The notes beneath the pieces are model-generated. The model ran no database searches. It was not told the origin of the DNA and saw nothing but the letters and a program-made list of their open reading frames with translations. The position numbers and the translations under genes were made by a program. From contig CAWGVS010000005.1 of the NCBI GenBank assembly GCA_963826115.1, positions 1,728,001 through 1,792,000 on the forward strand: 64,000 nucleotides of DNA. The letters run 5' to 3'. Shown one piece after another: positions 20,501-31,730 of this stretch. Source of the DNA: an uncultured Candidatus Rokubacteria bacterium. GTDB taxonomy: Bacteria; Methylomirabilota; Methylomirabilia; Rokubacteriales; DASRDR01. The first letter of the stretch is position 1, and the number at the start of each line of letters is the position of its first letter.

Positions 20501-21754
20501 TCAGCCCGGTGGCGGGTACGGCGCGCCCTTCCGGCGCGCCGCCTCCGCGACGGCCCGGTGCAGTCCGTCGAGGACGGGCCGCACCGGCTCGCCGCCCTGC
20601 AGGATCCGCCGGACACCCTCGTTCATCGCGTCGCTCACCTCGGGCCAGTACGCGACCCCGGGGCGGTGCCAGCCGTCCTCGAGCGCCCGGCGAACCGCGT
20701 CGAACGTCTCCCGCTGGATCGTCGGTACCTGGCCGTAGGCGTCCGCCCGGATCGCGGGCCACGCGTTCCCCGTAACCAGGCGCTCCTGCGCCTCCCTCGA
20801 CATCAGGAACGCCGCCAGCCGGACGGCCTGCTCACGTCGGCGCCCGACCACGCCGCGCGGGATGCCGAGGACGTCGCCGCCGACGACGTGGGCGGGGCGG
20901 GCGGGACCGCGCCAGCCGGCGTAGACCTCGAACCGGTCGAGCAGACCCTGGTGCGCCAGCACGCCGGATGTGAACGGCCAGTTCTGGGCGAGCCACGCGG
21001 TCTCCCCGACCAGGTGATCGACCTGCGTGTCGTACTTGGCGACGAGGCTCTCCCGGGCCAGGAGGCCGTCTCGCCAGAGTCCGGCCAGGAACTCGAACGC
21101 GCTCACCGACCCCGCGTCGTTGAGCACGAGAGGGTTCCCTCCGAAACCCAGGATGAGCTCGGCCACCGTGATGGCGGTTGGCGCGCCCTCGGCCAAGGCC
21201 AGCGTGACCTTCGGAGCGCCCCGCCGCGCCTTGAACGCTTCCGCCACCGCGCGGAGCTCCGCGGCCGTCCGCGGCAGCGCGGCGCCCGCCTCGCGGAGGC
21301 GCGCCCGGTTCACGTAGGTCACGAGCACGTTCGGGCGAAACGGGAGGAAGTAGCGCACCCCGTCGAAGGTCGGGGGCCGCATCGCCGGCAGGACCGCGTC
21401 CGGGACCCTCACGTCGTCCACGGGCTGGACGAGGCTCCCGTCGACCAGGGGCCGTAGCGCGAGGTTGTCCTGGGCAAAGAGGTCGATGGTCGGGCGCCCC
21501 GCGCCCACCTCCACCTTGAGCTTCTCGGGCAGATCGGCTGCCGTGACGGCCACGAGCGTGACGGACACGCCGGTCTCCGCCCGGAAGCGATCGAGGACCT
21601 CGCGGACGACCGGCTTCTCGTCCTCGGCGAGCGACGCGCTGAACGTCAGGGCCGCGCGCTCCATCTCGTCCGAGCGTCCGCAGGCGGTCGCGAGCCAGAC
21701 GGCCAGGGAGGCGCCGATCAGGCGACCAACGCGCCATCTCGGGCCGGGCGTCAT
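20501..21754 (-). CDS. Sugar ABC transporter substrate-binding lipoprotein (probably trehalose/maltose)
   Basis: Lipobox-like LATAC; QNWPF, VVGGDVLGIP; trehalose gene context. Confidence 0.8.
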   Translation of the reverse strand: MTPGPRWRVGRLIGASLAVWLATACGRSDEMERAALTFSASLAEDEKPVVREVLDRFRAETGVSVTLVAVTAADLPEKLKVEVGAGRPTIDLFAQDNLALRPLVDGSLVQPVDDVRVPDAVLPAMRPPTFDGVRYFLPFRPNVLVTYVNRARLREAGAALPRTAAELRAVAEAFKARRGAPKVTLALAEGAPTAITVAELILGFGGNPLVLNDAGSVSAFEFLAGLWRDGLLARESLVAKYDTQVDHLVGETAWLAQNWPFTSGVLAHQGLLDRFEVYAGWRGPARPAHVVGGDVLGIPRGVVGRRREQAVRLAAFLMSREAQERLVTGNAWPAIRADAYGQVPTIQRETFDAVRRALEDGWHRPGVAYWPEVSDAMNEGVRRILQGGEPVRPVLDGLHRAVAEAARRKGAPYPPPG

Positions 21755-21764
21755 CGGGGTGGCC

Positions 21765-22616
21765 TCATCCCCGGACGGCGCCGGCCAGCGTCCCGGGCCG
21801 GAGGCGGCGCTGGAGGACAGCGACGACCGCCAGGATCGGCAATACCAGCACGATGGCGACGGCGGCCATCTGCTGGCGGGTCCCCCGGTCGATCGACTGG
21901 AAGACCTGCAGCGGGAGGGTGTTCTGGGACGTGGTCAGCAGGCGCGCGTAGAGGAACTCGTTCCACGAGTAGAGCCACGCGAACAGGGCCGCGACCGCGA
22001 GCCCGGGCGCCGCCATCGGCAGCACGACGCGCCGGAGCGTGGTGAGGCGCGAGGCGCCGTCGAGGGCCGCCGCCGCCTCGACGTCTCGCGGCACCCCCTC
22101 GAAGGCGCCCACGAGAAGCCACGCGATGAACGGCAGGACGCCCGTCACGTGGGCGAGCGCGAGGCCCGCGTACGTGTCGGTGAGCCCGAGCGCAGCGAAT
22201 CGCGTCGCGACCGACACGCCGATGGCGAACTCCGGGAACATCCGGGTCACCAGCAACCCCACCAGGATCGCGTACCGCGGGCGCGGCGCGAGGCGCGCGA
22301 CCACGTACGCTCCCGGCGCGGCCAGGATCAAGGTGCCTGCCGTCGTCATCGCCGCCACCGTGACGCTCTTGACGAGCGGCGCCCAGAGGTCGCCGCTCTC
22401 CACGACGGTGCGCCAGAACCGGAAGGTCGGCGCGGTCACGATCAAGGCCGGGCGCTCGCCGAAGAGCGCGCTCCCGGGCGCCACCGAGACCATGAGCAGG
22501 ATCAGGATCGGCGACAGGGCGAGGCCGGTGCACGCCGCGACCCACGCCGCGAACAGGACCTGCCCGACCGGGCCGGGCCGGGCGAGCGGCGGACGTCCGT
22601 CCGCGCCGGCCGTCAC
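21765..22616 (-). CDS. Carbohydrate ABC permease (MalG-like)
   Basis: EAAAALDGASR loop, WNEFLYA; GTGA overlap. Confidence 0.88.
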   Translation of the reverse strand: MTAGADGRPPLARPGPVGQVLFAAWVAACTGLALSPILILLMVSVAPGSALFGERPALIVTAPTFRFWRTVVESGDLWAPLVKSVTVAAMTTAGTLILAAPGAYVVARLAPRPRYAILVGLLVTRMFPEFAIGVSVATRFAALGLTDTYAGLALAHVTGVLPFIAWLLVGAFEGVPRDVEAAAALDGASRLTTLRRVVLPMAAPGLAVAALFAWLYSWNEFLYARLLTTSQNTLPLQVFQSIDRGTRQQMAAVAIVLVLPILAVVAVLQRRLRPGTLAGAVRG

Positions 22617-23554
22617 GCCGGGTTCTCTCCGTGGCGCGCGATCAGGGCCAGGTAGACGACAACGAACCCGAGGATCAGGAGGAAGAGGACGACCGCCGCG
22701 GCCGCCGCGGTCGGGGGATCGCTCGTCGGCGGCGCGTAGCGGCTCCAGATGAACGTGCCGAGCACCGGCTCGACCCGACCCGCCAGGACGAGGGCCGTCT
22801 CGAAGATGCGGAACGCGTCGATGGCCCGGAGGATCACGGCCATGGTGACGTAGGGCAAGAGGAGCGGCAGCACCACGTGGCGGAACCGGAGCCATCCCGT
22901 CGCCCCATCGGCGTGCGCGGCCTCCTCGACCTCGACCGGGATCGACTGGAGGCCCGCGAGCAGGATGAGGGTCACCACCGGCAGGACCTTCCACGTATCC
23001 GCGACGGCCACCGTGAACAGCGTGGGCCACCCGCCGGCCACCGTCCAGCCGAACGGCTCGTAGGACCACCGGATCCCCCCCGCGCCGAGCGCGTCCGCCA
23101 GGTTCAGGAGCAGCGCGTTGAGATATCCGGACCGCGAGAAGACGAGGAGCATCACGGCCGCCGACACGACCGTCGGCACCCCCAGCGGCATCAGCACGAG
23201 GGTCCTCACGAGCCCGCGAAGCGGGAAGCGGCGGTGGAGCGTCAGGGCGAGGCACAGACCGCCCCCGATCTCCAGCGCGAGCGACAGCAGGACCACGACC
23301 ACGGTGTTCCGGAACGCGGCCCGGAAGACGTCCGAAGCCAACAGCGCGCGATAGCGTCCGAGCGACGGGAACCCGCCGTCGACAGGCGCGCTCAGCGAGA
23401 GCCGCACCGTCTCGACGATGGGCGCCGCCGTGAGGATCAGGAGGTAGGCGGCCAGCGGCAGTGCGAGCGTCACCTCCAGCCCGTGCGCGCGAAGCCAGGC
23501 CACGCTCATGGCTCGGGTCGGCCCCGGGCGCGAGACGGACGCCCGATCGCTCAC
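22613..23554 (-). CDS. Carbohydrate ABC permease (MalF-like)
   Basis: LAGLQSIP, EEAAHADGA, RAIDAFRIF. Start at GTG 23554 (GACAAT 6 nt upstream) or ATG 23509. Confidence 0.88.
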   Translation of the reverse strand: MSDRASVSRPGPTRAMSVAWLRAHGLEVTLALPLAAYLLILTAAPIVETVRLSLSAPVDGGFPSLGRYRALLASDVFRAAFRNTVVVVLLSLALEIGGGLCLALTLHRRFPLRGLVRTLVLMPLGVPTVVSAAVMLLVFSRSGYLNALLLNLADALGAGGIRWSYEPFGWTVAGGWPTLFTVAVADTWKVLPVVTLILLAGLQSIPVEVEEAAHADGATGWLRFRHVVLPLLLPYVTMAVILRAIDAFRIFETALVLAGRVEPVLGTFIWSRYAPPTSDPPTAAAAAVVLFLLILGFVVVYLALIARHGENPA

Positions 23555-23650
23555 ACCACCATTGTCGCCCGGAAGCCGCCGAGCACGCGGTGCGACTCTC
23601 GGGCGGCTGCGCGTGCCGCGCGACGATGGTGCTACACTTTTCGTATCGGC

Positions 23651-24427
23651 ATGCCTTCATCGCACTCGGTCGAGGCCTTGGCGGCCCGGCTCGAAGCGGC
23701 CGCCTTCCTCGCCCTCCTGCTCGATTACGACGGCACACTGGTGCCGTTCGCTCCGACGCCGGAGCTGGCCGTGCCCGACGACGAGCTCATCCATCTCCTG
23801 CGCGATCTCGCGGCCCGCCCGGACACGGAGACCCACATCGTCAGCGGGCGACCTGCCGAGACGCTCCAGCAGTGGCTCGGCGCCCTGTCGATCGGCCTCC
23901 ACGCCGAGCACGGCTTCTCGTCGCGCGCACCCGGCGCGACCGCGTGGGTCCACGGGGCCCTGCCCCCGCAGGACTGGCGCCCCCCGGCCCTCGCGCTGAT
24001 GCGGGCGTACACGGCGCGCACGCCGGGATCGCTGGTCGAGGAGAAGCGCGCGGGGATCGTCTGGCACTACCGGCTCGCGGACACCGAGCTCGGGCGGATG
24101 CAGGCCGCCGCCCTCGAGCGCGAGCTGGCCGCGCTCCTCGACGGCGCTCCGGCCAAGATCGTGCCCGGCGCGATGATCGTCGAGGTCGTGGCAGGCGGCG
24201 TTCACAAGGGCCGACTGGTCCCGTCGCTCGTCGCGCGCGCGCCGGCGGGATCGCTGATCGTCGCCGTGGGCGACGACCGGACGGACGAGGACCTGTTCGC
24301 CGCGCTGCCCGAGGGAGCCCTCTCGGTGCACGTCGGCCCCGAGCCGTCCCGGGCGCCCGTGCGCCTCGCCGGCGTGGCCGACGTCCGGGCCCTCCTCCGG
24401 GGCCTGATCGGGCCGCGGCCCCGCTGA
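23651..24427 (+). CDS. otsB: Trehalose-6-phosphate phosphatase
   Basis: HAD motif LDYDGTL, SGR, AEHG, EEK...WHYR, HKG, GDDRTDED. Confidence 0.9.
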   Translation: MPSSHSVEALAARLEAAAFLALLLDYDGTLVPFAPTPELAVPDDELIHLLRDLAARPDTETHIVSGRPAETLQQWLGALSIGLHAEHGFSSRAPGATAWVHGALPPQDWRPPALALMRAYTARTPGSLVEEKRAGIVWHYRLADTELGRMQAAALERELAALLDGAPAKIVPGAMIVEVVAGGVHKGRLVPSLVARAPAGSLIVAVGDDRTDEDLFAALPEGALSVHVGPEPSRAPVRLAGVADVRALLRGLIGPRPR

Positions 24428-24515
24428 CCGGGGACGCGCTATCCTGGAAGGGTCGCGGCGTGGAGCGTGGGCCCGGCCCGTCTCCCCGCGCCGAGACGGA
24501 AGGAACGAGGCGCCA

Positions 24516-26507
24516 ATGGCTCATCGGTCGGTGCGCGGCGACGTCCGAAGCGTCTGGATCGCCGACGTCAGACCCGAGCTGGACCGGGGAAGGCATCCGG
24601 TCAAGCGCGAGGTCGGCGCGACGTTCGAGGTGACGGCGGACGTCTTCCAGGAGGGTCACGGCGGCCTCGCCGCCGTCCTGCGCTACCGCGCCGTGAAGGA
24701 TACGGCGTGGCGCGAGACCCGCATGGAGCCCCTCGGCAACGACCGCTGGGCCGGCCGGTTCGTCCTGGAAGAGAACACGCGCTACGTGTACACGCTCGAG
24801 GCCTGGCCCGACGCCTATCGCACCTGGGCCGACGACGTCCGGCGGCGCCTGGATGCCGGGATGGACGCGACGAGCGAGCTCTTCGAAGGCGTGGCCCTCC
24901 TCCGCGACGCGCTCGCGCGCGTCGCCGGCGCGGACCGACGCCGCCTGGAGGCACGGATCGCCGAGCTGGAGGGGACGAGCGACGCCGGCCGGCGCGCGCG
25001 CCTCCTCCTCAACGAGGAGGTCGCGGAGATCCTCGATGCCTACCCTGACCGCGGGGCCGCCACCCGGTACGACCTGGAGCTCGAGGTCGTCGTCGACCGG
25101 CCGCTCGCGCGGTTCGCCGCCTGGTACGAGATGTTCCCGCGGTCCCAGAGCCCGGTGCCAGGGCGCCACGGCACGTTCCGCGACTGCATCGAGCGCCTCC
25201 CGACCATCGCGGACATGGGCTTCGACGTCCTCTACCTGCCGCCGATCCACCCGATCGGCCGGAGCTTCCGGAAGGGGCGCAACAACGCTCTCGAGGCCGG
25301 TCCCGACGACCCGGGCTCGCCGTGGGCCATCGGGAACGAGCAGGGAGGCCACAAGGCGATCGAGCCAGCCCTGGGCACCCTCGCCGACTTCCGGACCTTC
25401 CTCCGGGCGGCGCGGGACCACGGGCTCGAGATCGCCCTCGACTATGCGCTCCAGTGCTCGCCGGACCACCCGTGGGTGCGGGAGCACCCCGAGTGGTTTC
25501 ACCACCGGCCGGACGGGACCATCAAGTACGCCGAGAATCCCCCGAAGAAGTACCAGGACATCTACCCGCTGAACTTCGCGGGACGCGAGCGCGAGGCCCT
25601 CTGGGAGGAGGCGAAAGCCGTCCTCCTCTTCTGGATCGAGCAGGGTGTCCGGATCTTCCGCGTGGACAACCCTCACACGAAGCCCGTCCCGTTCTGGTCG
25701 TGGCTGATCGGCGAGATCCAGGCCCTCTACCCGGACGTGATCTTCCTCGCCGAGGCCTTCACGCGCCCGCGCGTGATGCAGGCGCTCGCCAAGGTCGGCT
25801 TCACCCAGTCCTACACGTACTTCACCTGGCGGAACTTCAAGCAGGAGCTGATCGACTACCTCACGGAGCTGACGCGCGGCGAGATGGCGGAGTACTTCCG
25901 GGGGAGCTTCTTCACGAACACGCCGGACATCCTCCCGCCGATCCTCCAGGAGGGCGGGCCGCCCGCGTTCCGGATGCGGCTCGCGCTGGCCGCCACCCTC
26001 TCGCCGCTCTACGGGATCTACAGCGGCTACGAGCTCTGCGAGAACGCCGCCATCCCGGGCACCGAGGAATACCTCGACTCGGAGAAGTACGAGATCAAGG
26101 CCCGTGACTGGGACGCGCCGGGGAACATCCGCGCCTACGTCGCCCGCCTGAACCGGATCCGCCGGGAGAACCGCGCGCTCCACGAGCTCCGGAACCTCGT
26201 CTTCTTCGAGAGCGATGACGAGCACGTCCTTGCCTACGGCAAGCGCAGCGTGGACGGGGGAAACGCCGTCCTCGTCGTCATCAACCTGGATCCGTTCGCG
26301 CCGCACGAGGCGCGCGTCAACCTCCCGCTCGAAGACCTCGGGCTCTCGGCCGACGCCCCCTTCCAGGCCCACGAGCTCGTGTCGGGCGAGCGCCACCTCT
26401 GGCGGGGGGCCACCCAGCACGTGCGGCTCGATCCGGGGATCGAGCCGGCGGCGATCTTCCGCTTGGAGCGGTTCGGCCCGCGCGCGTACGGGACGCCGTG
26501 CTACTGA
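24516..26507 (+). CDS. glgE: Alpha-1,4-glucan:maltose-1-phosphate maltosyltransferase
   Basis: WYEMFPRS, YAENPPKKYQDIYP, FRVDNPHTKP, FLAEAF, NTPDIL, SEKYEIK. Confidence 0.96.
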   Translation: MAHRSVRGDVRSVWIADVRPELDRGRHPVKREVGATFEVTADVFQEGHGGLAAVLRYRAVKDTAWRETRMEPLGNDRWAGRFVLEENTRYVYTLEAWPDAYRTWADDVRRRLDAGMDATSELFEGVALLRDALARVAGADRRRLEARIAELEGTSDAGRRARLLLNEEVAEILDAYPDRGAATRYDLELEVVVDRPLARFAAWYEMFPRSQSPVPGRHGTFRDCIERLPTIADMGFDVLYLPPIHPIGRSFRKGRNNALEAGPDDPGSPWAIGNEQGGHKAIEPALGTLADFRTFLRAARDHGLEIALDYALQCSPDHPWVREHPEWFHHRPDGTIKYAENPPKKYQDIYPLNFAGREREALWEEAKAVLLFWIEQGVRIFRVDNPHTKPVPFWSWLIGEIQALYPDVIFLAEAFTRPRVMQALAKVGFTQSYTYFTWRNFKQELIDYLTELTRGEMAEYFRGSFFTNTPDILPPILQEGGPPAFRMRLALAATLSPLYGIYSGYELCENAAIPGTEEYLDSEKYEIKARDWDAPGNIRAYVARLNRIRRENRALHELRNLVFFESDDEHVLAYGKRSVDGGNAVLVVINLDPFAPHEARVNLPLEDLGLSADAPFQAHELVSGERHLWRGATQHVRLDPGIEPAAIFRLERFGPRAYGTPCY

Positions 26508-26549
26508 GGGTGCCGCGCGCCATGTCGCCGCCGCCGGAGGGCCCCCGCC

Positions 26550-28220
<1,671 letters not shown>

Positions 28221-28263
28221 GCGCGGCCGGCTCGTCGAGCGGGGCCGAGGCGGGAGCGTCGCG

Positions 28264-29496
28264 CTGAAAGTCCTGATGCTGACCCGCGAGTATCCCCCGG
28301 ACGTCTACGGCGGGGCCGGCGTCCATGTGGAGCACCTCGCGCGCGAGCTGGCGAAGCTGGCGGCCGTCGAGGTGCGGACCTTCGGCGACCAGCACGTGGA
28401 CGAGGGCCGCCTCGTCGTCGAGGGATACCGGGCCGCGGCTGACGTGCCCGACCCGCCGGAGGGCACCTTCCCCTTCGCGCCCGTCGTCCGCGCGCTGCGC
28501 GTCTGCCTGAGCCTCGGCGTCCAGCCGACCGACGCGCACGTCGTCCACTCCCACACCTGGTACGCGGCGTTCGGCGGCCTCCTGGCCCGGCTGGTCCACG
28601 GAATCCCGCTCGTCGTGACCGCCCACTCGATCGAGCCGCTCCGGCCGTGGAAGCGCGAGCAGCTCGGACGCGGCGCCGACCTGTCGGCGTGGGCCGAGCG
28701 AGTGGCGCTCGAGGCCGCCGACGCCGTCATCGCCGTCTCCACGGAGATGCGCCGGGACCTCCTCCGGCACTTCGCGGTCGCGCCCGAGCGCGTGCACGTG
28801 ATCCCGAACGGTGTCGACACGGACGTCTACCGTCCCGTGTCCGGGCGGACGCGGCTCCAGCGCTTCGAGATCGATCCGGCGCGCCCCTACGTCCTCTTCG
28901 TCGGGCGCATCTCGCGGCAGAAGGGGCTGCTCCACCTCGTGCGCGCGATCCCCCAGCTGGCCTCCCAGGCGCAGGTCGTCCTGTGCGCCGGCGCGCCCGA
29001 CACCCCAGAGATCGCCCGCGAGGTCGAGGCTGCCGTGGCGACGACGCGCGCAGGTCGGTCGGGGGTCGTGTGGATCCCCGAGATGGTGGACCGGGCGACC
29101 GCGGTGGAGCTCTACTCGCACGCCGCGGTCTTCTGCTGCCCGTCGGTCTACGAGCCCTTCGGCCTGATCAACCTCGAGGCGATGGCCTGTGAGGTTCCCG
29201 TGGTCGCGAGCGCGGTGGGCGGCATCCCGGAGGTCGTCGCCGACGGGGAAACCGGCCGGCTCGTGCCGGTCGACCTGATCGAGCACGACGGCGTCGTCGA
29301 GCCACGCGATCCCGAGGGCTTCTCGCGCGAGCTGGCGCGCGCCCTGAACGGCCTGCTCGCGGACCCCGGACTCCGTCGCACGATGGGCGTGAAGGGGCGC
29401 GCCCGGGCGGTCGCCTCCTTCAGCTGGGCCGCGGTGGCTCGCCGGACGCTCGAGCTCTACGGCACCCTGGCCACGCCGACCCGGGAGCCCCGGTGA
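28264..29496 (+). CDS. glgA: GT4 glycogen synthase / alpha-maltose-1-phosphate synthase (GlgM type); start uncertain
   Basis: [55 protein letters not shown]. No ATG/GTG at the expected start. Confidence 0.88.
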   Translation: MKVLMLTREYPPDVYGGAGVHVEHLARELAKLAAVEVRTFGDQHVDEGRLVVEGYRAAADVPDPPEGTFPFAPVVRALRVCLSLGVQPTDAHVVHSHTWYAAFGGLLARLVHGIPLVVTAHSIEPLRPWKREQLGRGADLSAWAERVALEAADAVIAVSTEMRRDLLRHFAVAPERVHVIPNGVDTDVYRPVSGRTRLQRFEIDPARPYVLFVGRISRQKGLLHLVRAIPQLASQAQVVLCAGAPDTPEIAREVEAAVATTRAGRSGVVWIPEMVDRATAVELYSHAAVFCCPSVYEPFGLINLEAMACEVPVVASAVGGIPEVVADGETGRLVPVDLIEHDGVVEPRDPEGFSRELARALNGLLADPGLRRTMGVKGRARAVASFSWAAVARRTLELYGTLATPTREPR

Positions 29497-31730
29497 GCGC
29501 CAAGCGCCCGCCCTCGAAACGCGTGACCCCCGTCGGGACCGACGCGCCGTCGTCGAACGAGCTCGTGACGCAGGCGGCCGCGGCGCTCCCCGAGACGCTC
29601 GGCGCGCGACGGTGGTTCGGGAGCAAGAACCGTGAAGTGTCAGAGGTGGTCCCGGTGGACCACGCGGCGGTGCCGGGCACGATCGGCGTCCTCGCGCTCT
29701 TCGACGTGGTCTTCGCGGACGGGCAGCGCGAGCGCTACGACGTCCCAGTCGCGCCACCCGGAGCCGACGGGGCGCCGTTCGCGGATGCGATGGGCGACCC
29801 TGCATTCTGCCTGGCCCTCCTCGACGCGATCCGCCGCGGCGCGACCCTGGCCGGCGCGCGCGGCGTCTTCCGGTTCGCGGCGACGCCGGCGCTGCTCGAG
29901 ATCCTGCCGGAGGCGCCCAAGGAAGCCCACCCGGTCGTGGGCGAGCAGAGCCACACCTCCGTCGTGTACGACCGCCGCGCGATCCTGAAGCTCCTCAGAA
30001 AGCTGGACGCCGGTCGGAGCCCCGAGCTCGAGATCAGCGACTTCCTGACACGCGAGGCGGCCTTTCCGGGCACTCCCCGGCTCGCCGGCGCCGTGTCCTA
30101 CGAGGCCGACGGCGCGGAGCCGGTGACACTGGCGGTCCTCCACGAGTTCGTGCCCAGCCACGGCGACGCGTGGACCGCGGCCCTGGCGCGCCTCGGCGAG
30201 TACTACGCGGCGGCGATCGAGGGCAAGGGCGAGCAGTCGCCCGATCCCGCCTTCTCGCGGGCCCTGGCGGCGGCCGACGCGCACGAGGCCGCGCGGCTCG
30301 GCGCGCTGACCGGTCGGCTCCACCGGGCCCTCGCGTCGGCCCGGCCCGGGCATCCGCTGGCGCCCGAGCCGATCTCGGCGACGGACGTCGCCACATGGAC
30401 CGATGGGATGCTGGACCAGCTCCGCCGCGTCGGCGACGCGCTCCAGGCGGGGCTCCCCGGGATCCCGGCGCCGCTTCGCGAGCGCGCGGAGCGCGTCTCG
30501 GCCGACGGGGCTCGCCTCGCCGACGAGCTTCGCGGGCTCGATGCCCTCACGGCCAGCCCGGTGATGAAGGCGCGCGTGCACGGCGACTACCACCTCGGCC
30601 AGGTCCTTCGGACGGCGGACGGCTTCGCCATCCTGGACTTCGAGGGCGAGCCGGCGCGGAGTCTCGCCGAGCGCCGCGCGAAGCAGTGCGTCCTCAAGGA
30701 CGTGGCCGGGATGCTTCGCTCGTTCGCCTACGCGGGACAGGTGGCGCTGGCCCGTCACCTTGAGGCGAGCCCCCACCACGCCCGTCTCGCGGAGCGGCTG
30801 AGGCCGTGGGCGGAGGCCTGGGAGGAGGGCGTCCGGACCGCGTTCGTGGACGCCTTCCTCGGGGAAGCGGTGCGACCCGGCGAGCCCACCCTGGTGCCCG
30901 CCGAGCGCGAGGGCTTCGATCGGGCGCTGCGCGCCTACGAGCTGGACAAGGCCGTGTACGAGCTCGGGTACGAGCTCGCGAACCGACCGGCGTGGGTGCC
31001 CGTGCCCCTCGTCGCGCTCGAGCGCGCGATCGCCCGGCTCCCCGGCCCGGCGCCGGGTCGGCTCCGACCCGGCGAGGGTCCGTTCGCCTTCACGGCGTGC
31101 ATGGAGCTCAAGGAGTTCGTCGGGCTCCGGGCGGAGAACGAGCGGCAGCTGGCCCAGCTCCTCGACGAGGTCCCGCTCGACTCGATCTACTACCACACGC
31201 ACGGATTCCTGCTGCGCCACCGGCTGGCAACCGGCCACTACCCGAACGACTTCGCCACGTGGGTGGACGTCCAGGTGCGCGACCGCGTCCTGGGCGAGCG
31301 ACTCGCGATGGTCGATCCCGCCGACTTCATGTCCCTCCAGGCCCTCCGGGAAGAGCTGGTGTCCGTCGTGGACGAGCACCTCGGCCGGCTCGGCATCGTC
31401 CCCCAGGTGGTCTCGGGCGAGCCGTTCGACTTCATCCAGTCGAGGATCGTCGAGGTCCCGACGGGGATCGAGGCGCGCACGCTCCAGGAGCTCCGGGACG
31501 CGCTCCTCGAGATCGACCAGAGCGCCATCTACTTCCATCTCGTGGAGGCGCGGCTCAGGCTCGGCCGGGCGAGCAACGACTTCGCCGCGTGGCTGGAACG
31601 GGGACTCGGCCTCCCCGAGCTGGCGGCGCGCGTGCAGTCGGTGAACCCGTACGCCGGAAGCCTCGAGCAGGCGCGCACGCGCCTCGTCGCGCTGCTCGAC
31701 GAGGCGCTCGCCGGGGGCGCGGGGCGATGA
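29493..31730 (+). CDS. mak: Maltokinase (Mak/Pep2) fused to a C-terminal OrfY/DUF5752-like duplicated domain
   Basis: RWFGSK, GEQSHTS, VHGDYHLGQVL, LDFEGEP, DVAGMLRSF, KAVYELGYE. From about 31075 two repeats: PF.F...SIYYH...NDFATW and PFDF...AIYFH...NDFAAW. Confidence 0.85.
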   Translation: MSAKRPPSKRVTPVGTDAPSSNELVTQAAAALPETLGARRWFGSKNREVSEVVPVDHAAVPGTIGVLALFDVVFADGQRERYDVPVAPPGADGAPFADAMGDPAFCLALLDAIRRGATLAGARGVFRFAATPALLEILPEAPKEAHPVVGEQSHTSVVYDRRAILKLLRKLDAGRSPELEISDFLTREAAFPGTPRLAGAVSYEADGAEPVTLAVLHEFVPSHGDAWTAALARLGEYYAAAIEGKGEQSPDPAFSRALAAADAHEAARLGALTGRLHRALASARPGHPLAPEPISATDVATWTDGMLDQLRRVGDALQAGLPGIPAPLRERAERVSADGARLADELRGLDALTASPVMKARVHGDYHLGQVLRTADGFAILDFEGEPARSLAERRAKQCVLKDVAGMLRSFAYAGQVALARHLEASPHHARLAERLRPWAEAWEEGVRTAFVDAFLGEAVRPGEPTLVPAEREGFDRALRAYELDKAVYELGYELANRPAWVPVPLVALERAIARLPGPAPGRLRPGEGPFAFTACMELKEFVGLRAENERQLAQLLDEVPLDSIYYHTHGFLLRHRLATGHYPNDFATWVDVQVRDRVLGERLAMVDPADFMSLQALREELVSVVDEHLGRLGIVPQVVSGEPFDFIQSRIVEVPTGIEARTLQELRDALLEIDQSAIYFHLVEARLRLGRASNDFAAWLERGLGLPELAARVQSVNPYAGSLEQARTRLVALLDEALAGGAGR

